Source of the DNA: Hypanus sabinus
Lineage: Eukaryota
Direction of reading: 5' to 3'
Assembly (NCBI RefSeq): GCF_030144855.1
Contig: NC_082722.1
Span: forward strand, 38,254,001-38,318,000
Length of the DNA stretch: 64,000 nucleotides
Shown: in pieces, positions 11,281 to 23,829 of the stretch
How the letters are laid out: every line of letters starts with the position of its first letter
Numbering within the stretch: the stretch's first letter is position 1
Translations under genes and position numbers: made by a program
Notes under the pieces: model-generated
What the model saw: only the letters and a program-made list of their open reading frames with translations
The model's database searches: none
Told to the model about the DNA's origin: nothing

Positions 11281-12659
11281 AATATAAAACAATTCATTTC
11301 ATAACTTGACACATCTAACACAAATAACCACTGATACCCATGCCCCAAAATATATTCACTTGATACAATCACTGTATTTCACACCAAATAAATTAACATT
11401 TGTTCAGCTTGTGCTGAGATAAGTGACACTGGCAATCTGGCATGGGGTTGTTCTCTGTGTGAAATATATTCCAGAGGTTTCACTGACTTACTAGTAGTGA
11501 GGATTATACTTACCAGAAACTTTGGTTGATTAGCAAACAAACAGGAACCCAGATGACACTTTTTGTATGTTCTCTGTACCACCAATTCTATTCCAGAATG
11601 TTACGGTTTTGTACATTTCTCTGATATTGCTGTGGTCAGTGGGAAATACACTGCAATTACAAATATGAGTGCTAGTTGTTATAGTATTCATGACCAAGAA
11701 TAAGAAGGAGTATTATGGAAAATAGCACAACGCACACTTAATATCAAAGAATAGTTGAGGTAGTCTCCCGCAATCTGGTAGTATAACAGTTAAGCTGTTT
11801 GCCTGAAACACATTCTTTGTAAATTGGAGTTCTGGTAGGCAGCATTCCAATCTGCAAAGTATATAGTTGATGAGTTCCATCAATTTTCTACAAGCATCCT
11901 ATCTGTGAAAACGTATTGGCATTTATATATTATGGGCTCCACGATGTCTACAGTTGCATCTTCCACATTTATAAATGTTGTACCAGTAAAATTCTTCAAT
12001 TTAAATCAAATCTATGTTTCTGCACATATTAATAATTACTGCACCATGTGAAGAGTGAAATGCATCTTGTCATTATTTGAAATAGTTCTCCTATTATGAT
12101 GTGGCTGTTGTTGTTTTTTTAAAATCAGAATCAGAGAGAATTGGTGCCCAAGTCTTCCCTCATCAATTGAAATGATTAGTGATACGGTAATCGATGAAAA
12201 TAGCCACCTATATATGGTGCCTCAAGATCTGTAAGAAGGTCTGTTGTTTGGAATACCTTGATGTCCTAGTTGCCATGCAAGGAGATTCATCCAAGCACTG
12301 AGACATAACAGAAAACTAGAGCTCTTCAAGCGTGAAATGTGGTCACTGAAGGGATGCCTATAGATCTTTCTACAGTACCAATTTAGGCAAAAATAAATTT
12401 GAAGAATAGCAATGGATAAGATCCAATTAAGAGCACTGTGTCCAGTTTTTTTTAACAGAAAAAAAACATTAAAGTCATCTTGAGTGTGCAGTTCCATTGA
12501 GAAAGTACAGAGATAAGAAGGGATTGAGGTATTAGGTCCACTTCCACTGGTGTGCAGGAGGCTCAGAAAAATAAGCATTTTTTACAGCAATTTTAAGAGG
12601 AAATTGAGTTTGACTCAAAAATTTAAAAAATGAACTGTCATAGTCGATGGCTTAATAAA

Positions 12660-12860
12660 TTAATTTAATTATTGAGATATAGGCAACAATCGCCCCACGC
12701 TGCCCAGTAATACCCCACTTTAATCCTAAGCTAATCATGGGACAATTTGCAATGACCAATCAAACCTAAAAACTTGTAGGTCTTTGGACTGTGGGAGGAA
12801 ACTGGAACACTTAGAGGAAACCCACAAGGTCACTGGGAAGTGTACAAACTCCTTACATAC
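12660..12860 (-). mobile_element. V-SINE (HE1-like), 5'-truncated
   Basis: Minus strand carries the V-domain core GGGTTTCCTCTAAGTGTTCCAGTTTCCTCCCACAGTCCAAAGAC. Confidence 0.75.
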
Positions 12861-12964
12861 TCCATATATAAGCTTGCAGGTGGCATGAAAGTGGTAGTGT
12901 TGTTAAGAGTGAGGAGAGTAGTCATAAGTTATGGAATAATAATTTATTAATTAAGAAAGGACAG

Positions 12965-15900
12965 TATCCTAGAAGGAAAGCTGGTACTTCATGGAGGGGT
13001 TTAAACTAGAGTTGGACAGGGATGGGAACCAGAGTGTCAGAACAGATAGTGGAGAGGATGTGGAGACAGATGTCGCTAAGACCTCAGACCAAGTCAGGAA
13101 TCAAAATGTTGATCATGGTGTGACTAATGTTCTGGTTACGTACATTTCAATGCAAGAACTATTGTAGGAAAGATAGATGAGCTCAGGTCGTGGATCAACA
13201 CAAAGAATTATGATACTGTAGCCATTAGTAAAATTTGGTTGCAGGAGGGGCAGGACTGGCAGCTCAATATTCCAGGGTTCTGTTATTTTAGACATTATAG
13301 AGTGGGAGGGATTAAAAGGGGAAGGGTGGCATTACTAGTCAGGGAAAATGTCATGGTAGTGCTCAGTCAGGACAGATGGAGAACTTGTATAGTGAGGCTT
13401 TATGCATTGGAACGGAGGAATAAGAATATATGACCATGTTAATGGAGCTATATTACAGAGCACCCAACAGTACATGGGAAATAGAGGAACACATTTGTAG
13501 AGAGGCCACAGACTATTGCAAGAAACATAATGTTGTTAAAGTAGGTGATTTTAACTTTCCACATATTGACTGGGACTCCTATAATATAAAAGGATGAGAT
13601 GGGATCGAATTTGTCAGAGGTGTTCAGGAAATACTGATGAGGGAGTGTGCAATACTTGATCTCCTGTTAGTGAAAGAAACAGGACAGGTGACAAAAGCTT
13701 GTGTCAGGGTGCACTTTGTATCGAGTGATCATAATGCTATTAGTTTCAAAGTAAATATGGAAAAAAATAGATTTCATCTGTGGGTTGAGATTCTAAATTG
13801 GAGAAAGGCCAACTTAAGTGATAGCAGAAAGATCTGCAAGTGTGGATCGGGACAGGTTGTTTTCTGGCAAATGTGTACTTGGTAAGTGGGAGGCCTTCAA
13901 AATTTTGAGAGTATAAAGCTTGTATTTGCCTGTCAGAACATAAGGTAAAGGTAACAAGTCTAGGGAGCCTTGGTTTTCAAGAGATATTGAGGTCCTAGTT
14001 ATGTAAAAAAGGAGGTGCATATTAGGTATAGGCAAATAGGAACAAATGAGGTACTTATGGAGTATAAGAAATGCAAGAGAAAACTTAAAAAATGAATTAG
14101 AAGGGCTAAAATAAGGCACAAAATTGTGCCTAGCAGACAAGGTTAAGGGGAATCCTAATGTTTTCTACAGATATGTTAAGAGAAGAAGGATTAAAGGGAA
14201 TAAAATTGGTCTTCCGGAAGATCAGAATGGTAATTTAAGCATGGAGTCAAAAGAGATGGGGGCAATCTTAAAAAGATTTTTTACATTTGTATTTACCCAT
14301 GAGACAGATACAGACTCTATAGAAGTGAAGCAAAGCATCAGCGAGGTCTTGGGCCCGATGCAGATTACTGAAGAGGAGGTGTTAGCTGTCGACAAATTAG
14401 AGTGGATAAACCACCGGGGCCTGACAAGGTGTTCACTTGGACCATGTGCGAGGCAAGTGCAGCAACTTCAAGGGCCCTGGCAGAGATATTGGAGGATAGC
14501 TAATATTGTTCCGCTGTTTAAGAAAGGGTCTAAAAATAAAACAGGAAATTATAGGCCGATGAGCCTGACATTAGTAGTGGGAAAATTATTGGAAGGTGTT
14601 CTAAGGGGCTAGAGATATGAGAATTTAGATAGACATGGACTGATTAGACCATAGACCATAACATAAAGGAGCAGAATTAAACATTTCAGCCCAGTGAGTG
14701 TGCTCCACCATTCTATCATATCTGATTTATTATCTCTCTGCACCCATTTTTCACCTTCTCCCTGTAACTTTCACACCCCTATCAATCAAGAACCTGTCAA
14801 CTTCCACTTTGAAAATACCCAATGTTAGTGTCCCCTTCCAATCATCTTTGGCTAATTCCTCTCTCAATCATCTACAGTTGCCCTTACTCCACTCTAATAC
14901 TGATACAGCGGATTTTAGCTTCTCCGTTTCAAACCCCACGCTATTCTGCACTCTATAACAAGCCCAGAGAGCTGAATCATCACATTACTTGGGACAGTCA
15001 GCATGGGTTCATGCATGGCTGGTCATGTCAAATCATTCTTGTACAGTTTTTTTGAGGAAGTTACCAAGAAAGTTGATGAAGGCAAGGCAGTGGATGTTGT
15101 CTACATGGACTTTAGCAAGGCATTTGACAAGGTCCCCCATGGGAGGTTGTTCAGGAAGGTTGGGTTGCTTGGCATTCAAGATGAGGTAGTAAATTGGATT
15201 AGACATTGTCTTTGTGGGAGAAGCCAGAGAGTGGTAGTAGAAGGTTGCCTCTCTGACTAGAGGCCTGTGAATAGTAAAGTGCCGCAGGGTCCATCATTAT
15301 TGATTAGCTGGGTCAGCAAATTTGCAGACAACACCAAGATTAGGGGTGTGATGGACAACATGGAAAACTGTCAGAGCTTGCAGCAGAATCCAGACCAGCT
15401 GGAAAAATGGGCTGAAAAATAGTAGACGGAATTTAATGCAGACAAGAGTGAGGTGTTACACTTTGGAATGACCAACCAGGGTAGGTCTTACACAGTGAAT
15501 AGTAGGGCACTGAAGAGTGCAGTAGAACAAAGGGATTGGGAATACAGGGCCCAGAATTCATTGGTAGTCACAGCACAGGTCAGTAGGGTCATAAGGAAAG
15601 TGTTTGGCACATTGACCTCCATAAATCAAAGTGGGATGTTATGTTGAAGTTGTACATGATGCTGGTGAAGTCTGATTTGGAGTATTGTGTGCATTTTTGG
15701 TCACCTACCTGCTGGAAAGATGTAATTAAGGTTGAAAGAGTACAGAGAAAATTTCCAAGGATATTGCTGAAACTGGAAGATCTGAATTATAAGGAAAGGT
15801 TGAATAGGTTAGGACTTTAGTCCTTGGTATGTAGAAGATTGGGGGTGATTTGATAGATGTATACAAAATTATCATGGGTATAGGTAGAGTAAATGCAAGC

Positions 15901-16224
15901 AGTGATTTTCTACTGAGATTGGACTACAACTAGAGGTCATTGGTTAAGTGTGAAACATGAAATATATAAGGGGAACATGAGGGGAAACTTCTTCACTCAG
16001 AGGGTTGTGAGAGTGAGGAACAAGCTGCCAGCACAAGTGGTGCATGTGAGGTTGATTTCAACGTTTAAGTGAAGTTTGGATTGGTACATGGATGGGAGGA
16101 TTACGGGAGGGCTATGGTCCGGGTGGAGGTCGATGGAACTAGGTAGTTTAAATGGTTTGTCACAGACTAGATGTTAGTGGGCCTGTGGGCCTGTTTCTGT
16201 GCTGTACTTTTCTATGACTCTATG
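12965..16224 (+). mobile_element. CR1 LINE (HER1-like), nearly complete but decayed ORF2 plus 3' UTR
   Basis: APE endonuclease motifs (GDFNFPHIDW ~13545, SDHN ~13725); RT motifs NYRPMSLT.VVGKLLE, QHGF, VDVVYMDFSKAFDKVPH, KFADNTK; 3' end GGCCTGTTTCTGTGCTGTAC...CTATGACTCTATG. Many stops and frameshifts. It sits inside an older CR1 (12870-12960, 16225-16290, 17245-18120). Confidence 0.92.
14648..14992 (-). mobile_element. Antisense CR1 deletion derivative inserted into the CR1 RT
   Basis: Starts with tail ACCATAGACCATAAC and CR1 3' UTR sequence; 14880-14935 resembles 42980-43040. It interrupts the host frame between GLI and DSQHGF. Confidence 0.65.
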
Positions 16225-16374
16225 GCAATGGCAAATGGAATTTGATTCTGATAGGCATGTGATGCATTTTAGTGGCTCTAATAATAGTAAGATGTCAAAG
16301 GGTATGGGCTGAAAGCAGGGGAGTGGGGATGACTGGAAGAATTGGATCAGCCCATGACTGACTGGTGGAGCAGA

Positions 16375-17203
16375 CCTAGGACTGTGTGCTCAGTCCACTG
16401 CTGTTCACTCTGCTGACCCACGACTATGCTGCAACACACAGCTTGAACCATATCATCAAGTTCGTCGATGACATGACCATGGTGGGTCTCATCAGCAAGA
16501 ACGACGAGGCAGCTTACAGAGAGGATGTGCAGCGGCTAATGGACTGGTGCAGAGCCAACAACCTGTCTCTTAATGTGAACAAAACAAAAGAGATGTTTGT
16601 TGACTTCAGGAGGGCACGGAGTGACCACTCCCCGCTGAACATCGAAAGCTCCTCAGTAGAGAGCATTAAGAGCACCAGATTTCTTGGTGTTCATCTGGCT
16701 GAGAATCTCACCTGGTCCCTCAACACCAGCTCCATAGCAAAGAAAGCCCAGCAGCATCTCTCTGCGAAGGCTGAGGAAAGTCCATCTTGCACCCCCCACC
16801 CCCGCCATCCTCATCACGTTCTACAGGGGTTGTATTGAGAGCATCCTCAGCAGCTGCATCACTACCTGGTTCAGAAATTGCACCATCTCGGATCGCAAGA
16901 CCCTGCAGTGGATAGTGAGGGCGGCTGAGAAAATCATCGGGGTCTCTCTTCCCGCCTTTACAGACATTTACACTACACGCTGCATCCGCAAAGCAAACAG
17001 GATTATGAAGGACCCCACGCACCCCTCATACAATCTCTTTTCCCTCCTGCCATCTGGGAAAAGGCTCCGAAGCATTCATAGTTCAGTCTAGTTTTCGTAC
17101 TGTTTCATGTAATACCATGGTCCTGAAAAAACGTTGTCTCATTTTTACTATGTATTGTACCAGCAGTTATGGTCGAAATGACAATAAAAGTAACTTGACT
17201 TGA
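16375..17203 (+). mobile_element. Rex/Babar LINE 3' fragment
   Basis: CVLSPLLFTLLTHD...IIKFVDD...WCRANNLSLNVNKTKEM.VDFRR...FLGVHL; ends AATAAAAGTAACTTGACTTGA. Confidence 0.88.
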
Positions 17204-17638
17204 TAGGCCAAATGGCCTACTTCTTCTCCTATATCTTTTGGACAGGTAAATGAATGGTAGGTCCAAAAGGATTATTGAGGACCAAAGCGTCCTTGTTGAC
17301 ACTGAAGATGGCAGCACAGCTGGAGAAGGTGGGGGGGGGGGTGGGGGAAAGGTTTACAAGATGCTTGTCTCATTAGCTAGAACATCGACAATAAGAGCAG
17401 GGAGGTCTTGTTTATACTGTAACTTTATAAGACACTAGTTGGGCCTGGATTATTGCTGGATTATTGTGGATTATTGTGCATGTTTTTTGGTTACCACACA
17501 ATTGGCAAGATGAAATTGCTATGGAGAAGGTTAGAGAAGATTTATCAGGATGTTGCCTGAGGTGGAACTTTTCATTTACGAGGAGAGACTGGATAAGCCG
17601 GAAATGGGGAGGACCAGATGGAGATATGCAAAATAATG

Positions 17639-17812
17639 TTTTTGCACATTTTTTAAAAACCTATTCAATATATGTATACTACAATTGATTTACTTGTTTA
17701 TTTATTACTATTTTTTTGTCTCTGCTAGATTATGTATTGCACTGAACTGCTGCTGCTAAGTTAGCAAATTTTTCGTCACCTGCCGGTGATAATAAACCTG
17801 ATTCTGATTCTG
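17639..17812 (+). mobile_element. Rex/Babar 3' UTR-only insertion
   Basis: Tail AATAAACCTGATTCTGATTCTG, flanked by the short duplication ATAATG, inside an old CR1. Confidence 0.7.
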
Positions 17813-20246
17813 ATAATGAAAGGCATAGATAAGGCAGGTAGAAAGAAACTTCTCTCAGTGCTAGAGGTGTCTAAGAATAGAGAGCATAGGCTTTAAAGTG
17901 AGGAGGAAGAAGTTTAGAGGGGATCTGAGGAATAATTATTGTCATCCAGAGTGGTTGCGGATGGGAAAATATTTCCTCAAGGATGATGGAGGCAGAGATT
18001 CACAACGGGATGAGTACTTGAATCAGCAACACTATGGACTAAATGCTGTTAAATGGAACGGGACTTGAATGGTAAGTATGGGCATGGTAGGTGAAGGGCT
18101 CGTTTCTCTGCTTAATGATCTTCTGGCTCAAAGAGCATCAGTGGATCATTCACCAGGGATTTTCATCGTGATAATTCTCTTGATTTAGGCATAAGTGAAA
18201 CAGTAGTGAAACAAAGTGCTGCCCATTTCTATTCACTGAATTTGCAATCCATTTACTCATTTCCCAGATGTATTATTTTTGGACAGATGGAGCTGTTTTT
18301 TTATATATTTCATGAATCAGATTTGCTTATTTTGTGAAGTGAACATGATTATGGTGATTTCCAGGTTGAATGGTCCTACACCAGAAACTTGACTGGTATT
18401 TTCACTCACATTGCACTTCGTGTATTTTCTGCTACGAAAATGTACTTAATGGCATAATTCTGCAGGCAGCACACATTTAGGCTCAGGGTCTTCTGATTTT
18501 TTTCCAGTGGCCAGCTCACAGTCCAAGTAATTATTGCACAGTGTACCAACGACTGCCAAGCACTTGTGGGTACTGTTGTACTTCTCGGCTTCACTTTTAA
18601 TTGAGTAATTACTGTGGTATCTGCATATTGGTTTATTGTTCACATATATTAGCTGCTATATTTAACAGTTACTTTAGAGCTAAAGGGGCCACTTTTACTT
18701 TATAAAATGCATCACCCTCTTAGCTTCGTAAAATTGTTTGTAATTTGCATCAGTTTGGTTGAAGAGTCAAACGCCTCAAATAATGCTTCACTGTACATTA
18801 CAAGTCCGAATATAATACAACTGTCTAGGTCAGTCTTCGCCTATTCACAAGTTAGAAAGCAGCATTTTCTGCTACATTTGAATTTTTGGCAGTTATTTTA
18901 CTCTTAAATATATTGTACTTTTTGATGCTTAGCAGTTGCAAAATTTTACATTTTTAATTTCATTGGGTTTTGGGGAAAATAATTTGTTTCTTCATTGGAG
19001 TTGTTTTGCAATAGCTCTTCAGTATGAGGAGGAAGAAGCTCCAAGTGTGGAGAGAAGGAATTGTGCTTCTCTTAATGGGATGCAGAAACCTGCAGTTTTC
19101 TCAATAAGCAATACTGTACCTAAATAGAATGAGCTTTTCCACATGGGCTTGTAACAGGGATGTTTCAATATCCGCAAGCCGCTGTTACATTTGGTGCATG
19201 ATTGCCTGCTGAAAATCAGGAATCCACCCGAAAACAAACATTGTTATTAATCCTGACTAATATTACATGGTTATCGACCTTGACAGGAACAGTCTTTACT
19301 CATGAAGACATCAGCAAACATGATCATTTTATTTGTTGACACAAATGTCTGCAGATTAATTGTGGCCCCAGTTTAAATTGTAAAATGTTCCTCAAGTGTT
19401 CTGCAACCTGATCGGCAGGTTACAACATTTCATTCTTGCATGAGATGCTGTCACTCAGTCATGGCCTGTTATGATGCTCCTGATTTCCAGGAGCTGTGTT
19501 GTCGGCCAGATTTCCTGTCCACTGAGCTGCCCAGTGCAAGTGCAATTTATGTTGACAGCTCATCTATTCATCGTTAACATTGCCCAACTAAATCAGCCTA
19601 AACAAAAAATATGGCTATGTAATGTTAATCCAAAAATTGTTGTCTTGCATTCCATTGCTAAAATACGGTATTGGTGCATCAGCAAATATAAAATATGAGT
19701 TTTTGTTCCCTAAGATATTTTAAGTTACTCAGCTCCAATTGCTGCTAATGGAAATGACTAACTCTTCCAATTTAGGAAGGTGGGCCCATAGTAGCAATAA
19801 ATTGAAGCCAGGGATCCGAGGATGCATCACCTATGGTTTATTTGCTTTTCTGTCAATGTCCAAAACCTGCAATTCTATTGTTAAAAAAGAAGCAAAGACA
19901 GCATCATGGTGGTAGGTGTAACTGAAGATAATGGCAATGTGCAGGATTGATGAAAAGGTGTATCCCTTGAAAAAGAGTCACACCAGCCAATGATGACTGA
20001 TGGATGTGTGAATATACCTTAATTCTGGTTCATCAAAAAGCATTGGTTTATACCAATGGTTCTACTTGCACGATGCACCTGCCTTTAGTTATCCAAAAGG
20101 CCTTGGAAGGATAGTTTAAAGGATACTTCGAGGACACAAAGTTCTGGTATCTGGAGCACTCTGAAATACAGTATGATGGGATGATTTTTTTGTAGATCTC
20201 AAGGTGCTAGGCTTGAGTTCACGCCATACTGATGGGGGGGGGGGCC

Positions 20247-20463
20247 TGCTGCACCATCAATAACTCCCTCTGAGATGTAAAGGTGAGATATCGGCTTTTA
20301 TTGACTGGAAGAAGGAACAAGCAGTGAGTGACCACCATACTACATCCTGGAGACTGAGAGGCCGGGCTCAGGCCTTGATCGCCTTTATACCGGGGTCTGT
20401 GGGAGGAGCCACAGGAGCAGTCAGCAGGGGGCGTGTCCAGACAGGTATATGTAGTTCACCACA
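20247..20463 (-). mobile_element. 217-bp solo LTR
   Basis: Minus strand TGTGGTGAAC...TATAAA...AATAAA...GGTGCAGCA; perfect 5-bp TSD GGGCC (20242-20246 / 20464-20468); GC-rich with CpGs retained. Confidence 0.88.
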
Positions 20464-21069
20464 GGGCCGCTGTTCTCTCTGGCAAATGTAAGCATTGAAA
20501 TGATAGCCTGGACTTAGTTCCTGTGCATAGTGATCATGTAGCAACATTTTACGCAAGGCTAATCTACCACTCCCATGGGGATGAGCATTAAATATTCTGA
20601 TATCTGCAGCAAATATGAGGACTGTGTCAATTCACATGACAGTACATCATGTGCGTCATGATTTCTCAGAACAGGATTTAAGTAGATTATAAAAAATTGT
20701 AGAAACTATTAAGTTGCCCAGATTGAACACAGGAAAAGCTTCATGAGGCTGAGAAGTGAATTGCATTCAGCAGTCCAAATAAACACAGCCATTGTTTTCA
20801 TAAAATCATCTGCAGCTCCTTTAAATAAAAAACACAGAACACAGATAAAGAAATCCTTTGATCTTAGTGTTCATTGCTTTATTCAATTGATATTGAAAAT
20901 CACTACAATATTAGTCAATTATCAGTGTTTGCAATACAGTACAAAAGCCCTTAAGGGTAGAAAGAAAAAAAATCATGTTTTTTCATAAGATTTTTATGAA
21001 TCAGTTTGATTTTTGTAAAAAAAAATTAACAATTTATCACAAAATTCCCACTAATGACGAAAATTTTCC

Positions 21070-21380
21070 TAAACCAGAGGGTGGTGAATCTGTGGAATTC
21101 ATTGCTACAGACAGCTGTGGAGGCCAAGTCATTGGGTAAATTTAAGGAAGAAAAAGAATTTCAGGATGTATATTGTATACATTTCTCTGACATTAAATGT
21201 ACCTATTGAAACCTATTGAGATTGATAGGCTCTTGATTAATCAGGACACCAAAGGTTACAGGGAGAAGGCAGGAGAACGGCTGGGAGGGATGGTGGATCA
21301 GCCATGATGGAGTGGTGGAACGGACTCAATGGGCTTTTTGGCCTAATTCTGCTCCTACTGTTTATGGTCTTATGGTCTAA
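21070..21380 (+). mobile_element. CR1 LINE 3' end fragment
   Basis: CAGAGGGTGGTGAATCTGTGGAATTC (QRVVNLWNS) through GGCCTAATTCTGCTCCT...TTATGGTCTTATGGTCT tail; small insertion at ~21150-21218. Confidence 0.8.
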
Positions 21381-21384
21381 ACCA

Positions 21385-22055
21385 AAGAAGCACAATAGAA
21401 TTTACGACCGCTACATATCCAAAGTGCAAAAGAGGACAAATCGTGTAAATAGTTAAAAGAAGAGAAAACAAATAACACTTGGAGCATGAATAGCAAAGTC
21501 TTTGAAATTGAGTCCACAGCTACAGAGCCAGTTCAGTGCTAAGGGAGTGAAGTCATTCCAGGATCCTGATGGCTGCAGGGCAGTGACTGTTCCCAAACCG
21601 GATGGCGTGGGACCCAATACACCTGCACCCTCTGACCAGTGGAAGTAGTGACAAGAGAAGGTGACTGGTCAAACGCACAAGATGGCACTGAATTCCTGTT
21701 TGTTTTCCACTCTCAGCCTCAACAATTTTATTGCTGCTCAGTGTTTCAATTGGTGCGGAGTTAGGGAGCTAAGCAAAGGTTCATCTTCTGCTCTCAGGGC
21801 TTGACTCACTGACCACCCCAGTGATGGCTGGTCCGGCTGTAGTGACACTTTCAAGAGTTTAGCTCACTGAATCCCCCAGGAGAATGCAAAAATGCCAGTT
21901 TAGTCAGTTCAAAAGTACATTCCTTAAAGGGAAATTACAGGCTGTTGCCTGCGGCAATCGCAGTTCAGAAGAAATACTGCATATCTACTAGAGTATCTCG
22001 TAGTTTTGTGAGCTGCTTGCAGAGAACATCGCAATTGGTAGCCAGCACCATCTTG
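21385..22055 (-). mobile_element. Bipartite non-autonomous Rex-like element (5' segment joined to Rex 3' end)
   Basis: 21575-21660 on the minus strand resembles the Rex C-terminus (L.SLLP..R...R..NS..PA). The segment begins CAAGATGGTGC at ~22055 and has no RT. Confidence 0.45.
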
Positions 22056-22939
22056 CAAGATCTAAACCAGTTGTTCCCAGACATATTTGGGTCACTTCCC
22101 CCTGGGCTCCCAGACTACATCCACATCTCCCTTTCTGTCCTTTAGATGAAAGCTATAAAGAATTTTGATTTATAATGCACAGTAAAAGAAAATGGGAACG
22201 GTGAACACTAAACAGTGGCAAGTAATTGCAAAAGTTGCTCAAATCTATTTAAAGCTACAAATAAAATTAGTTCTTTATTTAATTACAGTAAAAGCGATTT
22301 TCATCGATAATTTTAGAGCATACATTAGCAGTCAACTATTCACTTCTTCATTGCTTTTTCAATGAGATAGATGGACTTTGTGCAGATACATCAGCTTCTT
22401 AACATCAGGCTAAATATCATCCAGAAGTCTCAGATCCACACATTCAGTAATTTGCTGTTTGTTTCATTACTTTGAAAGAAGTTTTGTGACTGCTCTGAAA
22501 CCGCGCTTACCTAAATATGATATTGGAAAGGTAATAAAGAATCCCTTGACTTTTTTCCACTGTGCAGGATAGTGTTCAGAGATTTCTTCTGCAAATAGAA
22601 GTCTTTATGACTTTTTAAACCTTGGCTTCAGCTCAAAGTCATTTTGTAGCAAAATTAGTTCTTCCTCTATCCTTTCTATTAATTCCCCATTACAAATGTT
22701 CATGAATGGATTTATTACCCAATCTGGAATTTGGATCGAGAGACCCCACTCCAACCTCTCTGACATGGTTTTATGCAGCTCACCCAGGTGGGCACAGATT
22801 ATTATCTGGTATTCTTTCTTCCTTTTCCAACTCAGGGAGGCTCAGAAATTGGAAAAGGTTACGATAGCCGATGTTGCAATTAAATACGGTTAACTTGGAC
22901 AGAAATATGGAGATGACTGGTTTGACTTTGATAGCTTTT

Positions 22940-23817
22940 ACATCAAGCATAGTTCAAATGCAATCTATACATTTGCTGTTGATACAACTACTGTTGGCAG
23001 AATATCATATGGTGACAAGAGCGCGTACAGGAGTGAGATATACCAGCTAGTAGAGTGGTCTCACAGCAACAACCTTGCGCTCGACATTAGTAAGACCAAA
23101 GAGCTGATTGCGGACTTGAGGACAGGTAAGACAAGGGAACCTAGACCATAGAGGTATCATAAGTGGAGAGCCAGCAATTTCAAATTCCTTGGTGTCAATA
23201 TCTTTGAGGATCTAACCTGGTCCTAACATATCGTTGCAGCTATAAAGAAGGCAAGGCAGTGGCTGTATTTAATTAGAAGTTTGAGAAGATTTAGTTTATC
23301 ACCTAAAAAGTTGTACTGCAGAGAGCATTCTGACTGGCTGCATCACCGTTTGGTATGGGGGCTGGCTACTGCACAGGATCAAAATAAACTGCAGAAAATG
23401 ATAAAATTAGTCAGCTCCTTCATGGGTACTAGCCTCTGTAGTATCCAAGGGTGGTGCCTTGGAAAGATGGTGCCCAACCACCCAGGACATGCCCTCTTCT
23501 CATTGTTACCACCAGGTAGCAGGTACAGAAGCCTGAAGTCACACAATCAGTGATTCAGGAACAGCTTCTTCCCCCTCTCATCCAACTTCCACATGGACAC
23601 TGAACCCATAAACACTACCTTACTACCTTTTTTAAATTTCTGTTTTAGAATGACTTATTTTAATTTAACTATTATATCAGAATATATATATTTCTATATA
23701 TATATATATATATGTACTTACTTTAATTCAGTTTTTCTATATTTATCATGTATTCTGTTGTACTGCTGTGGCAAAGTTAACAAATTTCATATTTACCAAT
23801 GATATTAAACCTGATTG
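22940..23817 (+). mobile_element. Rex/Babar LINE 3' fragment
   Basis: SSNAIYTFAVDTT.VGRIS, KTKELI.D.R, FKFLGVNI.EDLTW, HPGHALFSLLPPG; 3' UTR ends GATATTAAACCTGATT. Confidence 0.85.
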
Positions 23818-23829
23818 CAATTGAAAATT

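Noticed and set aside
22810-22893. Strong polypyrimidine acceptor followed by a short open stretch
   Set aside because: No good donor and no recognisable peptide.
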